Positions 53,372 to 64,000 of a DNA stretch of 64,000 nt are shown piece by piece. The first letter of the stretch is position 1. Each line of letters starts with the position of its first letter. The translations under genes and the position numbers were made by a program. The notes under the pieces are model-generated. The model was given only the letters and a program-made list of their open reading frames with translations, ran no database searches and had not been told where the DNA came from. This DNA is from Camelus dromedarius (Eukaryota). The DNA is taken from contig NC_087436.1 in assembly GCF_036321535.1 (NCBI RefSeq), positions 42,844,001-42,908,000 of the forward strand, in the 5' to 3' direction.

Positions 53372-54059
53372 GTAAGTACAACACACTTTGTGTCTATTTT
53401 TGCTATCTAAGACCATTTTGAATTAAACATGATTTTTCTTCGAGTTATAAATAGTCCAAATTAATGACCCTGTAATATTTTAAAATGTTCTTCAAGTGAC
53501 ATTCAACTCTTAATTATTTTGAAAAGAGGTGACTACTCAGCACTGTTTGTTTAAAATTTAAGTTAATCTTCCTAAGTGAAACAGATATGAGTCTGTTTCC
53601 TTTGGGATTATTCACTATGATATCGTAAATCGTTCTCAGTTTTACCGTGGGGTACAAAAATGGCTGGCATAAGCATAATGAATTTTTTTAAAGTATCTGT
53701 AACTTATTATCTTATAAAAAGCAGACTCAGGGATCCTTGAGGCTGGTTAATTCATGGTTTCAGCAACATCATCAAACTCCTGTCTTTTACCCCAGCTCAT
53801 TGGCTTTGTTCTCAGACTGGCATGGTTCACATTATTACATGTAGACATGGTAATTTAGAGTGGAAGATACTGTCTCATTTCTTTTTAGAATGAAAAATTT
53901 ACTCCCATTTCATCTCATTGGCCAGGACTAGGTCACATGCTACCCCTTGCCAATCACTGGCAAGGAGAATGGGATTGCCAGGATTGACTTAGACTAACCT
54001 GGATTTATAAACCAAGGTTCTACAATAGGAATGAAGGGAAAACAATGCTCTTATGTTCA

Positions 54060-54410
54060 GTGCATGAGGCATGTGCATTAAACTGAGAAAAGGCAGACTA
54101 ACAGGAGAAAAGGCACAACATTTTTAATATTTGTGTGCACATGAGTTTACAGGAAATAAGTGAAACTGAAAGAAGCAGTTAGACTCAGGGTGTGAACTCT
54201 GTGTCTCAGATGGTGAGGATTGCTCTTCTCTCCCGGGTACATGGAGCAGACACCTTACTCAAAGGGAAGTTTATGTCTTGCTTTAGGCAGATTAAGGGGG
54301 GTTGGGTGGAGACTTCTTCCTGTATTTGTTGATTCTCAATTGCCTTTATCTCCAAATAATTCCTATGCCAAAGTGGCATGTTTGGGCGTGGCAGATTCTC
54401 ATCCCCTTCA
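54060..54410 (-). mobile_element. ERV1-class LTR fragment (subfamily uncertain, MER34/MER89/MER90-like)
   Basis: End aataattcctatgccaaagtggcatgtttgggcgtggcagattctcatccccttca (reads TGAAGGGG... on minus); aggcagactaacaggagaaaaggca. Confidence 0.65.
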
Positions 54411-57400
54411 GCCCTAGAAGTGATTCAGGGTTAGATCAAATGTAAAAGGATACCATGCCACATTTCCACAGTCATCAAGTTTTTTAGTATCTAGTTTAAA
54501 TTATATAGATTTCTATAAAAGTAAGATTTCCTTACTAAATGGAGGGAATTATAAGAATCACATTGTTTAGAATAAAGTTCATTTTAAAAATGCATAATTT
54601 TTTTCTTCAGCACTTAATACTTGGTGCAGAACATATAATGAAAGCAGTTCATGTGAAAACAAAATAAGATTTTCTGTTGCAGTGGGTCATATCTGAAACG
54701 ATGATATGTGTTTGTGTTATTAATGTCTCTGAAACCAAAATGTAGAGACTTCTGAAGGTGGACGTTTACACTTGAACCACAGTACTATGAAATATGTTGT
54801 GTCAGGCAACTGAATATCTACTTATATATTGAAGAGACCAGACTCTTTGCAATTATTCTTTAATGTTTAAAAGTATAGAGGAGAGTTAGCAGCAATTCTC
54901 ATCAAAATGCTTTTCCAGTAAAGAGATCAATAAACGACTTAGACCTAATCCAACAAAGCACCCAGCGTTAGAGACAATTGGAAAACAATGGTTGAAAGTA
55001 TAGATTTTCAATGAGTAAAAAGAGATTATAACAAATATAAATAAATAATTCCTCTAAATTATCTAATTGTAGTGGCAATATTCTAGAAAGTGGAAAAGGA
55101 AGTAGCTTTAGAAAAAGCATATTTTAACCATAGTTAAGAAAAGTATGGTCTTTAAGATATCAATGAAGTACTCATACAGAAAAATTGGAAGTCACTTAGC
55201 CAATCAGTTCCAAGATAAAATAACTACTTGAATTCCTAAAGAAGGAATGTTCTCTGTGTTTGTCCTTTTGATGATGGTTTTGGCAGTGTGGTACATGTGC
55301 ATACTTCCTGTGGAATGTCAGCTATTCAGAAACTAACGGGAAGTTCTATTTTTATAGGTGTGTTGAGTCTTCTTCTAAAGGAATACTTTTCCCTTTCTAA
55401 AAAGCAAAACAGAAGGGGCCGTGAATTCTATGAGAAAAATAGTTTCTTCTTGCTATTTTTAATTTATATTTTTTATTCAAGTATCTCTCTACTGCCACCA
55501 ACTACAAAGCATTAGTAGTCAATTTTGCAAATAGACGCAGGAATCAGTGGGAAAGCCCTGCATAAAAGCAAATATATCGTCACAGCATATATTGAACTGC
55601 CTGCTTTTTTAGAACCATCTTCCTCAAGATCTGTGCCTAGCAGGGTTTTCAGGCATACCTCAGCAAAACTCTGAGAGGCAAGAGATGTGGATTTATCTGA
55701 AACCTAAGGGAAGATAAGACAGTGAAGTAATGGAGCTGAAATTGTAGTCCACAAAAGAGAGGCCTAAAGGCAGAGCTGTTGTCCTTAGGGAATTTCTGGG
55801 ACTGATGGGAAATAAGGCCTTGACAAGGGCAGTCATCTGAATGTGACATGTATATTCCTGGAACTGTACGTCACAAATATGTATTATGTGCATGTTAGGT
55901 GAAAACATGCAATGAGGTATAGAAATATCACTCTAAGTAAATGTGTAAGAGAATAACACTTGGGTTGAATTTTGGTAATTTCAACAGGGAACTAAAGTAG
56001 ACAGATTAGATTAAGGTTTATTGGAAAGAGTGCTGACCCAGAATGAAAAGATTCAAGTTTCAGTCTCAAAGCTACCCAGGGCTAAATACTTAACATTATC
56101 CGTTCTGTAAGCCTTATTTTTCTTATAGAATGAGGCTGTGGGACCAAATGAAAAATGTGTTAGACATCTCTCAAGTTCTTTTCTAGTCTGTGAGGCCAGG
56201 ATGTTGTTCTCATCAATTTGAGATTTCTGGTAGAATTATTAGGACTCCTGATGCCATTTTTAAATATTAGAAAATTTCTTACGATTCTAAACTATAGAGA
56301 AAATTGCCATCATTACATCTTTAAAAATAACACTTTTAGTAAAGACTCATCTTTGTATGTGAAGTATTTTTTTCTCTGTCTTAAAGTGTTTGCGTTTTTG
56401 TCCCCAGATAAGAAATGTTATTCATCAAATATAAGATAGGTGCCTACTGAAAGCAACACACTTTGCCTAATGCTTTGGCATTGGGGGAAAGCAGTCTTTC
56501 TGGACGTTTTAAAATAAGTGTCCCATTTTGATAAATTCAAACAGGCATACTCTGAGCAATCTGATGTGCTTCCCCCGCCCCAGTTTACCATTTTTGTACC
56601 AACCAGAAAGCCTGGTCAAGTTGCATGTTTTGTAATTACTGTTAGGAAACCATGTATGTTTTTCATTTTTGCAAATTTGAAGTTATAATACTGAAAATAC
56701 TTTTTCAGACTACACCCCTTGGACTGGGCAGCTGATAGTTTTATTGGTAATAATGGGACTAAAGGATAAGTCAGACACCACCCTTTTTCAAAGACTGTAG
56801 TTGAGAAAGGGGATTAGGTGGCTTCAGAATGTCTATGGTATAGGCATAATGTGGTGAACACTGTAAGTTACCCAGGGGTTTGGGAGAGCAAGCCAACATT
56901 CATTTAGTTGCAGAGATCAGGACACCCAGTGGGAAGGACCGGACTGAAGCTGAGGCAGGCATAATTATGTCCTGGGGAATGTTTCTTCATTCACCAAACA
57001 TACACTCAGTATGTACTTACTCTGTACCAGGGGCTGCAGATTGAAGGGAAGGTGAATGACCATTTTTGTCTTCAAAAGAATGAAAAGCAGTTTCCCACTT
57101 GTTATGTTATGACATTATTTCACCTACCAGAATGTTTGGTTATGTAACCAACAGGTCAGCAGCATTTACAAAATACACACAGATATAACATAACAAGTTT
57201 CATGGTATCTGTGAAAACATCTGATGTGTGCCCTAGTCACTTGGCCATCTTTATGGTAATTTGGTAAAATTCTTCTATTATGCTGATAATACTCTCTTTT
57301 ATTTCACAAGGCAGACGTATTCCAGTGACTGTTCAGTCTTTTAGAGGGTGGAAGGCTAGTTTGATTTTTCTGAATACCTTCTGCCTATTATTTGCAGCAA

Positions 57401-57790
57401 ATTTTATCCTTCTTAAAACCTCAGAAGTGTAATATTTCCTTTGATTTACATCACTGTAACAGTGTATATAACAAACAGAGCAAAAATAATTTTACACTCA
57501 GATCAAAATGTGAAAGCACAGGTTTGAAGACTATTTACTGTAGTAAAACACTACTTGAGTACAAGTCTCTAGGTTAATCTCCTGTAAAGAGAGATAGAAA
57601 AAGTCAGTAATTACAGTAAAGGATGATTTGTGCCATAGAATTTTTGCTGTGTACACAGCTTGAAGAAAAGAGAAATTAGATTGGAGGCGGAGAACCCACT
57701 TAGAAGTTGGCTGCACTAACATCCAGGTAGAAGATAGTAAATCTCGGAAGTATATAAGATGTTCGTAGGAATAAAAAAAGTAAAAAGGTA

Positions 57791-58086
57791 CAGTTGGCCC
57801 TCTATATCCTCATCTTTCACATTCACAATTTCAACCAAACAAAGATCGAAAATATTTGAGAGAAATTCCAAAGTTCTAAAGAGCAAAACTTGAATTTACT
57901 GTAGCTGACAACTATTTACATAGCTTTTATGTTGTATTAGGTATTGTAAGTAATCTAGAGATGGTTTAAAGTATAAGGGAGGATGTGTGTAGGTCATTTA
58001 TAAATACTGTACCATTTTATATAAGGGACTTTGGTATCTGCTGAGGATCCTAGGACCAGTCCCCAAAGGGTGCCAAGGGATGACTG
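57791..58086. mobile_element. MER2-family Tigger MITE
   Basis: TA|cagttggccctc...aagggatgactg|TA; internal gtaatctagagatggtttaaagtataagggaggatgtgtgtagg. Confidence 0.88.
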
Positions 58087-58443
58087 TATAATCCCTCTGA
58101 AAATAGTTTTTAGAACAAAGTTGAGTCTACAAATGTTGCTTTTAGTTAGCAACTTATATACAGGAAACAATCAATTTAGTTAAAATGGAGGATATTTTAA
58201 ATAACAAAGAAATCCTGATGCTGTAAAGATACTGCATTTCTTATTTGTTTTTAAAAACAGAATTGTGTTTTTAAACACTTTGGCTATTGTGAAAGAGGAA
58301 TTTAATGTCCATCATATTGGAAATCTATAAATCTAGAACTGTAGAAGTTCACTGTTGGGAAAATACACGTTTCACAAGATTATCCTGAACAAGTTCAGTG
58401 TTCTCTTTGTTGGCAAATTAATAAAATGGTAATGATTCTGTTA

Positions 58444-58888
58444 CAGGCATACTGTTTTATTGCACTTTGCTTTATTGTGCGTCTCAGAGAGTGCATTTTT
58501 TACAAATTGAAAGTTTGTGGTAACCCTGCATCGGGCAAGTTTATCAGTGCCATTTTTTTCCAACAACATTTGCTCACTTCATATCTCTGTATCACATTTT
58601 GGTAATTCTCCCAATATTTCAAAACCCTCCACCAGAAAAAAAGATGATGTCTTGCTGAAGACTCAGGTAATGGTTAGCATTTTTTAGCAATAAGGTATTT
58701 TTTAATTAAGATGTGTACTTTTTTTAAGATCTAATGCTCTTGGACACTTAATAGAATATAGTATGGTCTAAAAACAACTGTTATGTGCACTGGGAAACCA
58801 AAAAATTCTTGTGACTTGCTTTATTGTGATATTCACTTCTATTGTGGTGGTCTGGAATTGAGCCTGCAGTATCTCCGAGGTATATCTG
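58444..58888. mobile_element. Tigger1 internal-deletion derivative
   Basis: TA|caggcatac...gaggtatatctg|TA; ttttttacaaattgaaagtttgtggtaaccctgcatcgggcaag; cactgggaaaccaaaaaattc. Confidence 0.9.
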
Positions 58889-59414
58889 TATAATTTTTAA
58901 GAAAAAACCTTTTAAATGATCATGACATCCTGTACTTTTAATAGACAGGGATAGAGATACTCATATCCTTTTTATTCTTTTCTGAATGAAAGGCAAAATT
59001 AACACTCAACTTTTCTCATGTATTATGGTACTGCTCCAAGGTGGCAAACTCAACCCTTTGACCCACACATGTCATAGTTCTTTTATGTTAATAGACACTT
59101 TCAGTTTATGTGGGATAAGATGTAACCTTGTCTCATAAGGTATAACTATGTCTCATGAATACTCTGTAGTTGACAGCCTACAGGAGGAAGGAGGCTATTC
59201 AAGATGAGTACTATCTAATGGCTTCTTTAGAATATTGTCAGGGATAATTGTCTTAAATTCCAGAGGGTCTGTTTCTGTTTCACTTATTTGTTCACTGTAG
59301 TCATTTTCATTCTTTAATATAAATTTGGATTGCTTGATATTCTGTCTATTCCCATATTTATCTTTATGAATTAGGAAAAATGGTTGTATAATTTAGGACT
59401 TCAGGAAACAGTTG

Positions 59415-60737
59415 TTTTTTTTTTTTAATTTATACTTTTAATAAACTTCAGTTTTCTCAGAGCAGTTTTGAGTTTAGAGCAAAATTGAGCAGAAAGTTCT
59501 GAGGATTCCCATACTCCTCTCCCCAAAATGCACATCCTCACCACTGCTGACTCCCACACCGCAGTGATATACTTGTTGCAGTTGGTGGATTTGCATTGAT
59601 GCTTCATTGTCACCTAGAGTTCATTCGTGTTTACTCTTGATATTATGCATTGACTGGGCTTTTGACAAGTATATAATGACATGTATCCACCATTGTATTT
59701 CAAACAGAATAATTTCATTGTCTTAAAAATCCTTTGTACTCCAACTGTTCATCTCAACCTCCTCTCTAATCCCTGCAAACAACTAATCATTTTACTGTCG
59801 CTAGAGTTTTGCTTTTTCCAGAATGTCATAGTTGGAATAATACACTATGTGACCTTTTCAGATTGGCTTCTTCCCCGTAGCTGTTTACATTTATATTTTC
59901 TTCATGTTTTTTCATGGCTTGATAGTTATATCTTTTTAGCACTGAATATTCAATTCTCTATATGAACCACAGTTTGTTTATCCACTCACCTACTAAAGAA
60001 CATCTTGGTTGCATCCAAATTTTGGCAATTGTGAATAAAGCTGCTGTGAACATCCGTGTGTTTGTGTGGACTTAAGTTTTCAATTCCTTTGGGTAAATAA
60101 ATACCAAGAAGCACAATTACTAGATTGTATGGTAAGAGTGTGGTTAGTTTTATGAGAAACTGCTAAACTGTCTTTTTAAAGTGGCTGTATCACTTTATAT
60201 TACTATCACCAATGAATGAGAGTTCCTGTTGCTCCACATCCTGTCGACATTTAGTGTTGTCAGTGGTTTGGACTTTGGCCACTCTAATAGATGTGTAGTG
60301 GTATCTTGATTTAATTTGCAATTGTCCAATGATGTATGATGTGGAGCATCTTTTCATATGCTTCTTTGCCACCTGCATATCTTCTTTGGTGAGGTATCCC
60401 TTCTAATCCCTTGCCCACTTTGTAATCAGATTGTTTATTTTCTTATGGTTGAGTTTTAAGAATTCTTTGTACAGCTTAGATAACAGTCCTTTATCAAATG
60501 TCTTTGCAAGTATTTTTTTCCCAGTCTGTAACCTGTCTTCTCATTCTCTTGACAGTGTCTTTTGCAGAGCAGAAGTTTTTACTTTAAATTAAGTTCACCT
60601 TATCAGTTCTTTTTTTCACAGGCTATGCCTTTGATGTATCTAAAAGTCATCCCCATGTAGAAGAGCATCTAGACATTCTCTTATGTTATCTTCCAGGAAT
60701 TTTATAGTTTTGAGTTTTACATTTCGGTCTTTGATTC
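59415..60737 (-). mobile_element. Old L1 (L1MC-like): 3'UTR and ORF2 C-terminal part
   Basis: Poly-T; agagcagttttgagtttagagcaaaattgagcagaaag; ORF2 remnant MQVAKKHMKRCSTS...YHYTSIRVAK...TDNTKC (ORF 60190-60378). Confidence 0.9.
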
Positions 60738-60789
60738 TTTCTTTCTTTTCTTTTTTTTTTTTTTTTTTTTTTTGGTTTGTTTTTGTTAA

Positions 60790-60930
60790 TTGTATAGCGC
60801 AGGGAACCATACTCTATATCCTGCAATAACCTATAATGGAAAAGAATCTTAAAAATATACATATATGACTAAATCACCCTGCTACACACTCGAAACTATT
60901 GTAAATCAGCTATATTTCAACAAAAAAATA
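60790..60930 (+). mobile_element. Short L1 3' end, opposite in orientation to the adjacent poly-T
   Basis: tgtatagcgcagggaaccatactctatatcctgcaataacctataatgg...tgtaaatcagctatatttcaacaaaaaaata is the reverse complement of the L1 3' ends at 10.8 and 47.5 kb. Confidence 0.85.
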
Positions 60931-61819
60931 AGATCAGCAAACAAATGGGTATATCCACATTGATTACACCCAGTAACACTCTGAGAACATGCAAAAAGCT
61001 GGAAAAGAATGTACAGAAATAAAATTCGTTCACACTGTTGAAATTTGGCAGAGACACATTTAAAAAATTTCCTTTAATGTTCTAACGTGGTTTTACTATT
61101 TAAAAATATGACAGTGATATTTTATATTTATATTTATGTAATATTTATATAGTAATATTAGTAATGTATAACATTTGAGTACCAAGTTCAAATTTTATTA
61201 AAATACATCTTTCACATATTAAAAAGAGAAGATGTGCATCCCATACAGCTACTTACTCCATTTGAAAAACCACTCCCAGAAGTATGATGTTAGGGTTAGT
61301 GTTAGGTAAAAGCCACCAGAGAGCCACAGATAGTGGGAGAGTAGATGCTTGAAGGATGAGGCTTTCATGGAAAATTGAAAGTAGCAGGATGTGCTAATAT
61401 GTAGGTCAGAGAATTGTAGACTGGGTAATCTGTTCATAATGCAAAAGCAGCAAAGGTAATAGGAAAATTAATATAAACATTAGGAAGAACTTCTGAGCTT
61501 TAGTAGTATTGTGTTGAGTTGTATATATTCATGTTTTAAAATAAAAGCTTTTATCTGAAAACCTATGGCTACTAACCCCTTGGAGAAACAGAAATGCTTA
61601 TAGAAAGAAGGAAAGAATATTTACAGCAGAAGGCAGGAGGTGAAGCACCCTGTGGAATATAGAATATATGACTGAGAAGAAGAAACATGATTTATGTTAA
61701 ACTTTTAAAGATGCATTGTGGGAAATTTGTGATTTGGGATGGAAAATTATGTGTAATAGCATTTTAATAAGTTTTAATAGCATAAAAATTATATTTTACA
61801 ATTAAAAATAGTCTTGTAA

Positions 61820-61960
61820 AGATTTTTTAACTTGAAGTCCATGAATGGGTTTAGATTGATATACAACCCCCCTGAAAGTTTACAGCAAGTTTAAATATGT
61901 GCAAGTGAGCATTTCCAGGGGGAGAGAAATCTGTGGTTTTTATCAAATATTCTTAGCTGT
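61820..61960. mobile_element. Ancient hAT MITE relic (MER103-like) inside the insert
   Basis: ttttaacttgaagtccatgaatggg...acaacccccctgaaa...gcatttccagggggagag...tttatcaaatattc; heavily diverged. Confidence 0.55.
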
Positions 61961-62226
61961 TGCAAAGCTAAATTTGATATTCTACCATCTCCACTGATAC
62001 GTTACAGAAAAAGAGAATAGATGGTAATTATAGATAGATAAAGCTATTATATATATGGAGGAGGGGAGAGAGAGACTATTGCATATAGTTTCAGTCTTGT
62101 TGACTCCTCCTAATGTGAGTCTTCTAAATACATTATTGTAAACTCTCAGTTGAAATGAAATTAGGTAATACAAACATTGAAAAGCCTGTAATTTATGGTC
62201 ATTGAGGATCATAGTATGTAGGATTG

Positions 62227-64000
62227 TGATTCATTTTGAGTTAATTTTTGTGAAAGATGTAAAGTCTGTGTCTAGGTTCTTTTTGTTTGTTTGGTTTTTG
62301 TTTTTTGATGTATGCCTATCCAGTTTTTCCAGCATCATTTGCTGAAGAGTCTTTCTGCATTATATTGCCTTTGCTCCTTTGTCCAAGTTGAGAGACTATA
62401 TTTATATGGGTTCATGTCTGGGCTTTCTGTTTTGTACAATTAGTTTGTTTTTTCTTTCATTAATACCACATTTTCTTGATTACTTGAAATCAGGTAGTGT
62501 CAGTCCTTCAACTTTGTCTTTCTTGGTAAATGTGTTGGGTACACTGGGTCTTTTGGCTCTCTATATAGACTTTAGAATCAGTTTGTTAATATTCACAAAA
62601 TGACGTGCTAAGATTTTAAGTGGGATTATGTTGATCAAGTTGATAAGAACTGTCATCTTGACATCCTTCTCATAGACAAGGATTATCTCTCCAGTTATTT
62701 AGTTATTTTTTTAAATCTTTAATCAGATTTTTATAGTTTTCCTCAACTAGGTCTTTGACATATTTTAGTAGACTTATACCAAGTGTTTCATTTTTAGGGA
62801 GTATAATGTAAATGGTAATGTAAGTGGTGAAGTGTTTTTAATTTGAATTTCACTTGGTCACTTCTGGCATATAGAAAAGCTGGACTTCTGTATTTTAACC
62901 TTACATCCTGTAATTGGTGATAATTGCTTATTAATTTCAGAAGTTTTGTTGTCAGTTCTTTAGAATTTTCTACATAGATAGTCATATCATCTGTGAACAA
63001 AGATCATTTTATTTCTTCCTTCCTAATTTGTATACCTTTTATTTCTTTTTCTTATTTTATTGCATTAACTAGGACTTTTAGTATGATGTTAGAAAGGGGT
63101 GATGAAAGGGGACATCTTTGCCTTGCTTCTGGTCTTAGTGGGAAAGCTTCACGTTTCTCACTATTCAATTTGATGTTAGCTTATGGTATTTTGTAGATGT
63201 TCTTTATGATGTTGGGAAGGCAACTTCTGTTCCTAGTTTGCTGAGAGTTATTATCATGAATAGGTATGGAATTTTATCAGATGTTTTTTCTGCATCAACT
63301 GGTGTGATTTTTCTGTTTTTGCCTATTGATGTGATTGATGGATAACATTTATTGATTTTCAAATGTTAAACCAGCCTTGCATACCTGAAATGTAAATTTC
63401 TTTTGCTTGTGGTATATAAATTGTTGGATTCATTTTGCTAATGTTTTGTTAAGGATTTTTGTATCTATGTTCATGAGGGATATTGATTGGTATTCTTCCT
63501 TCTTGTAGTGCTTTTATCTCATTTTAGTATTAGAGTAATGGTGACCTCATAGAATGTGTTGCAGTGTGTTCACTCTGCTTCTGTCTTCTATGTGAAATTG
63601 TGAAGAATTGGTATCACTTCTTCCTTAAGTGTTTGGTATAATTTACCAGTGAATCCATCTGGGCCTGGTGCTTTCTGTTTTGGAAGGTTTTATTTATTGA
63701 TTCAATTTCTTTAATAGATAGGCCTATTCAGATTGTCTGTTTCTTCCTGTGTGATTTTAGCAGATTGTGTCTTTCAAGGAATTGGTCGATTTTATCTAGG
63801 TTATCAAACATGTGGGCATGGAGTTATTCACAGTGTTTCTTTATTGTCCTTTTAATGTTCATGGTATCTATAGTAATGTCTCCTCTTTCATTTCTGATAT
63901 TAGTAATTTGTGTCTTCTCTCTTTTTCCTTAGTTAAACTAGCTATAGGCTTATCCATTTTATTAATCTTTTCACAGAACTGGCTTTTTAGCTTTAGTTGA
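62227..64000 (-). mobile_element. Old L1 (L1MC-like) ORF2 RT region, continuing past the window end
   Basis: RT motif FTDDMTIYVENSKELTTKLLKLISNY (ORF 62794-63000); gtgaatccatctgggcctggtgctttc; many stops and frameshifts. Confidence 0.92.

Larger units (their letters stand above)
60738..62226. other. ~1.5 kb retrotransposed foreign insert interrupting the old L1
   Basis: The host L1 stops at tttacatttcggtctttgattc (60737) and resumes at tgattcattttgagttaatttttgtg (62227). TGATTC is duplicated and a poly-T tract spans ~60738-60786. Confidence 0.85.

Overview
This is eukaryotic, AT-rich mammalian DNA, most likely camelid, because it carries a tRNA-Ala-derived vic-1-type SINE. It lies inside a CaMKII gene on the + strand, best fit CAMK2D. 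Only two small kinase-domain coding exons are present: 3377-3436 ([20 protein letters not shown]) and 53317-53371 (VRLHDSISEEGFHYLVFDL), separated by a ~49.9 kb GT-AG intron. The rest is intron with many transposon relics (hAT/Charlie, Tigger, MaLR/ERV LTRs, L2, MIR, several L1 generations). I see no prokaryotic-type system, CRISPR array or second intact protein gene. Four structures stand out. (1) A ~1.5 kb foreign insert with TSD and poly-T splits an old L1, with a layout that fits an inverted L1 3' transduction (60732-62237). (2) A 3.1 kb L1 keeps its 5'UTR and ORF1 but lacks nearly all of ORF2, joined at a splice-like junction (HAL1-like or spliced L1, 12822-15899). (3) A 27-bp L1 tail has a perfect 15-bp TSD (34761-34817). 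(4) A complex local duplication stacks sense-strand AATAAA signals (19588-19766). Repeat family names come from my recall of consensus sequences, not a database search, and the boundaries of old repeats are approximate.
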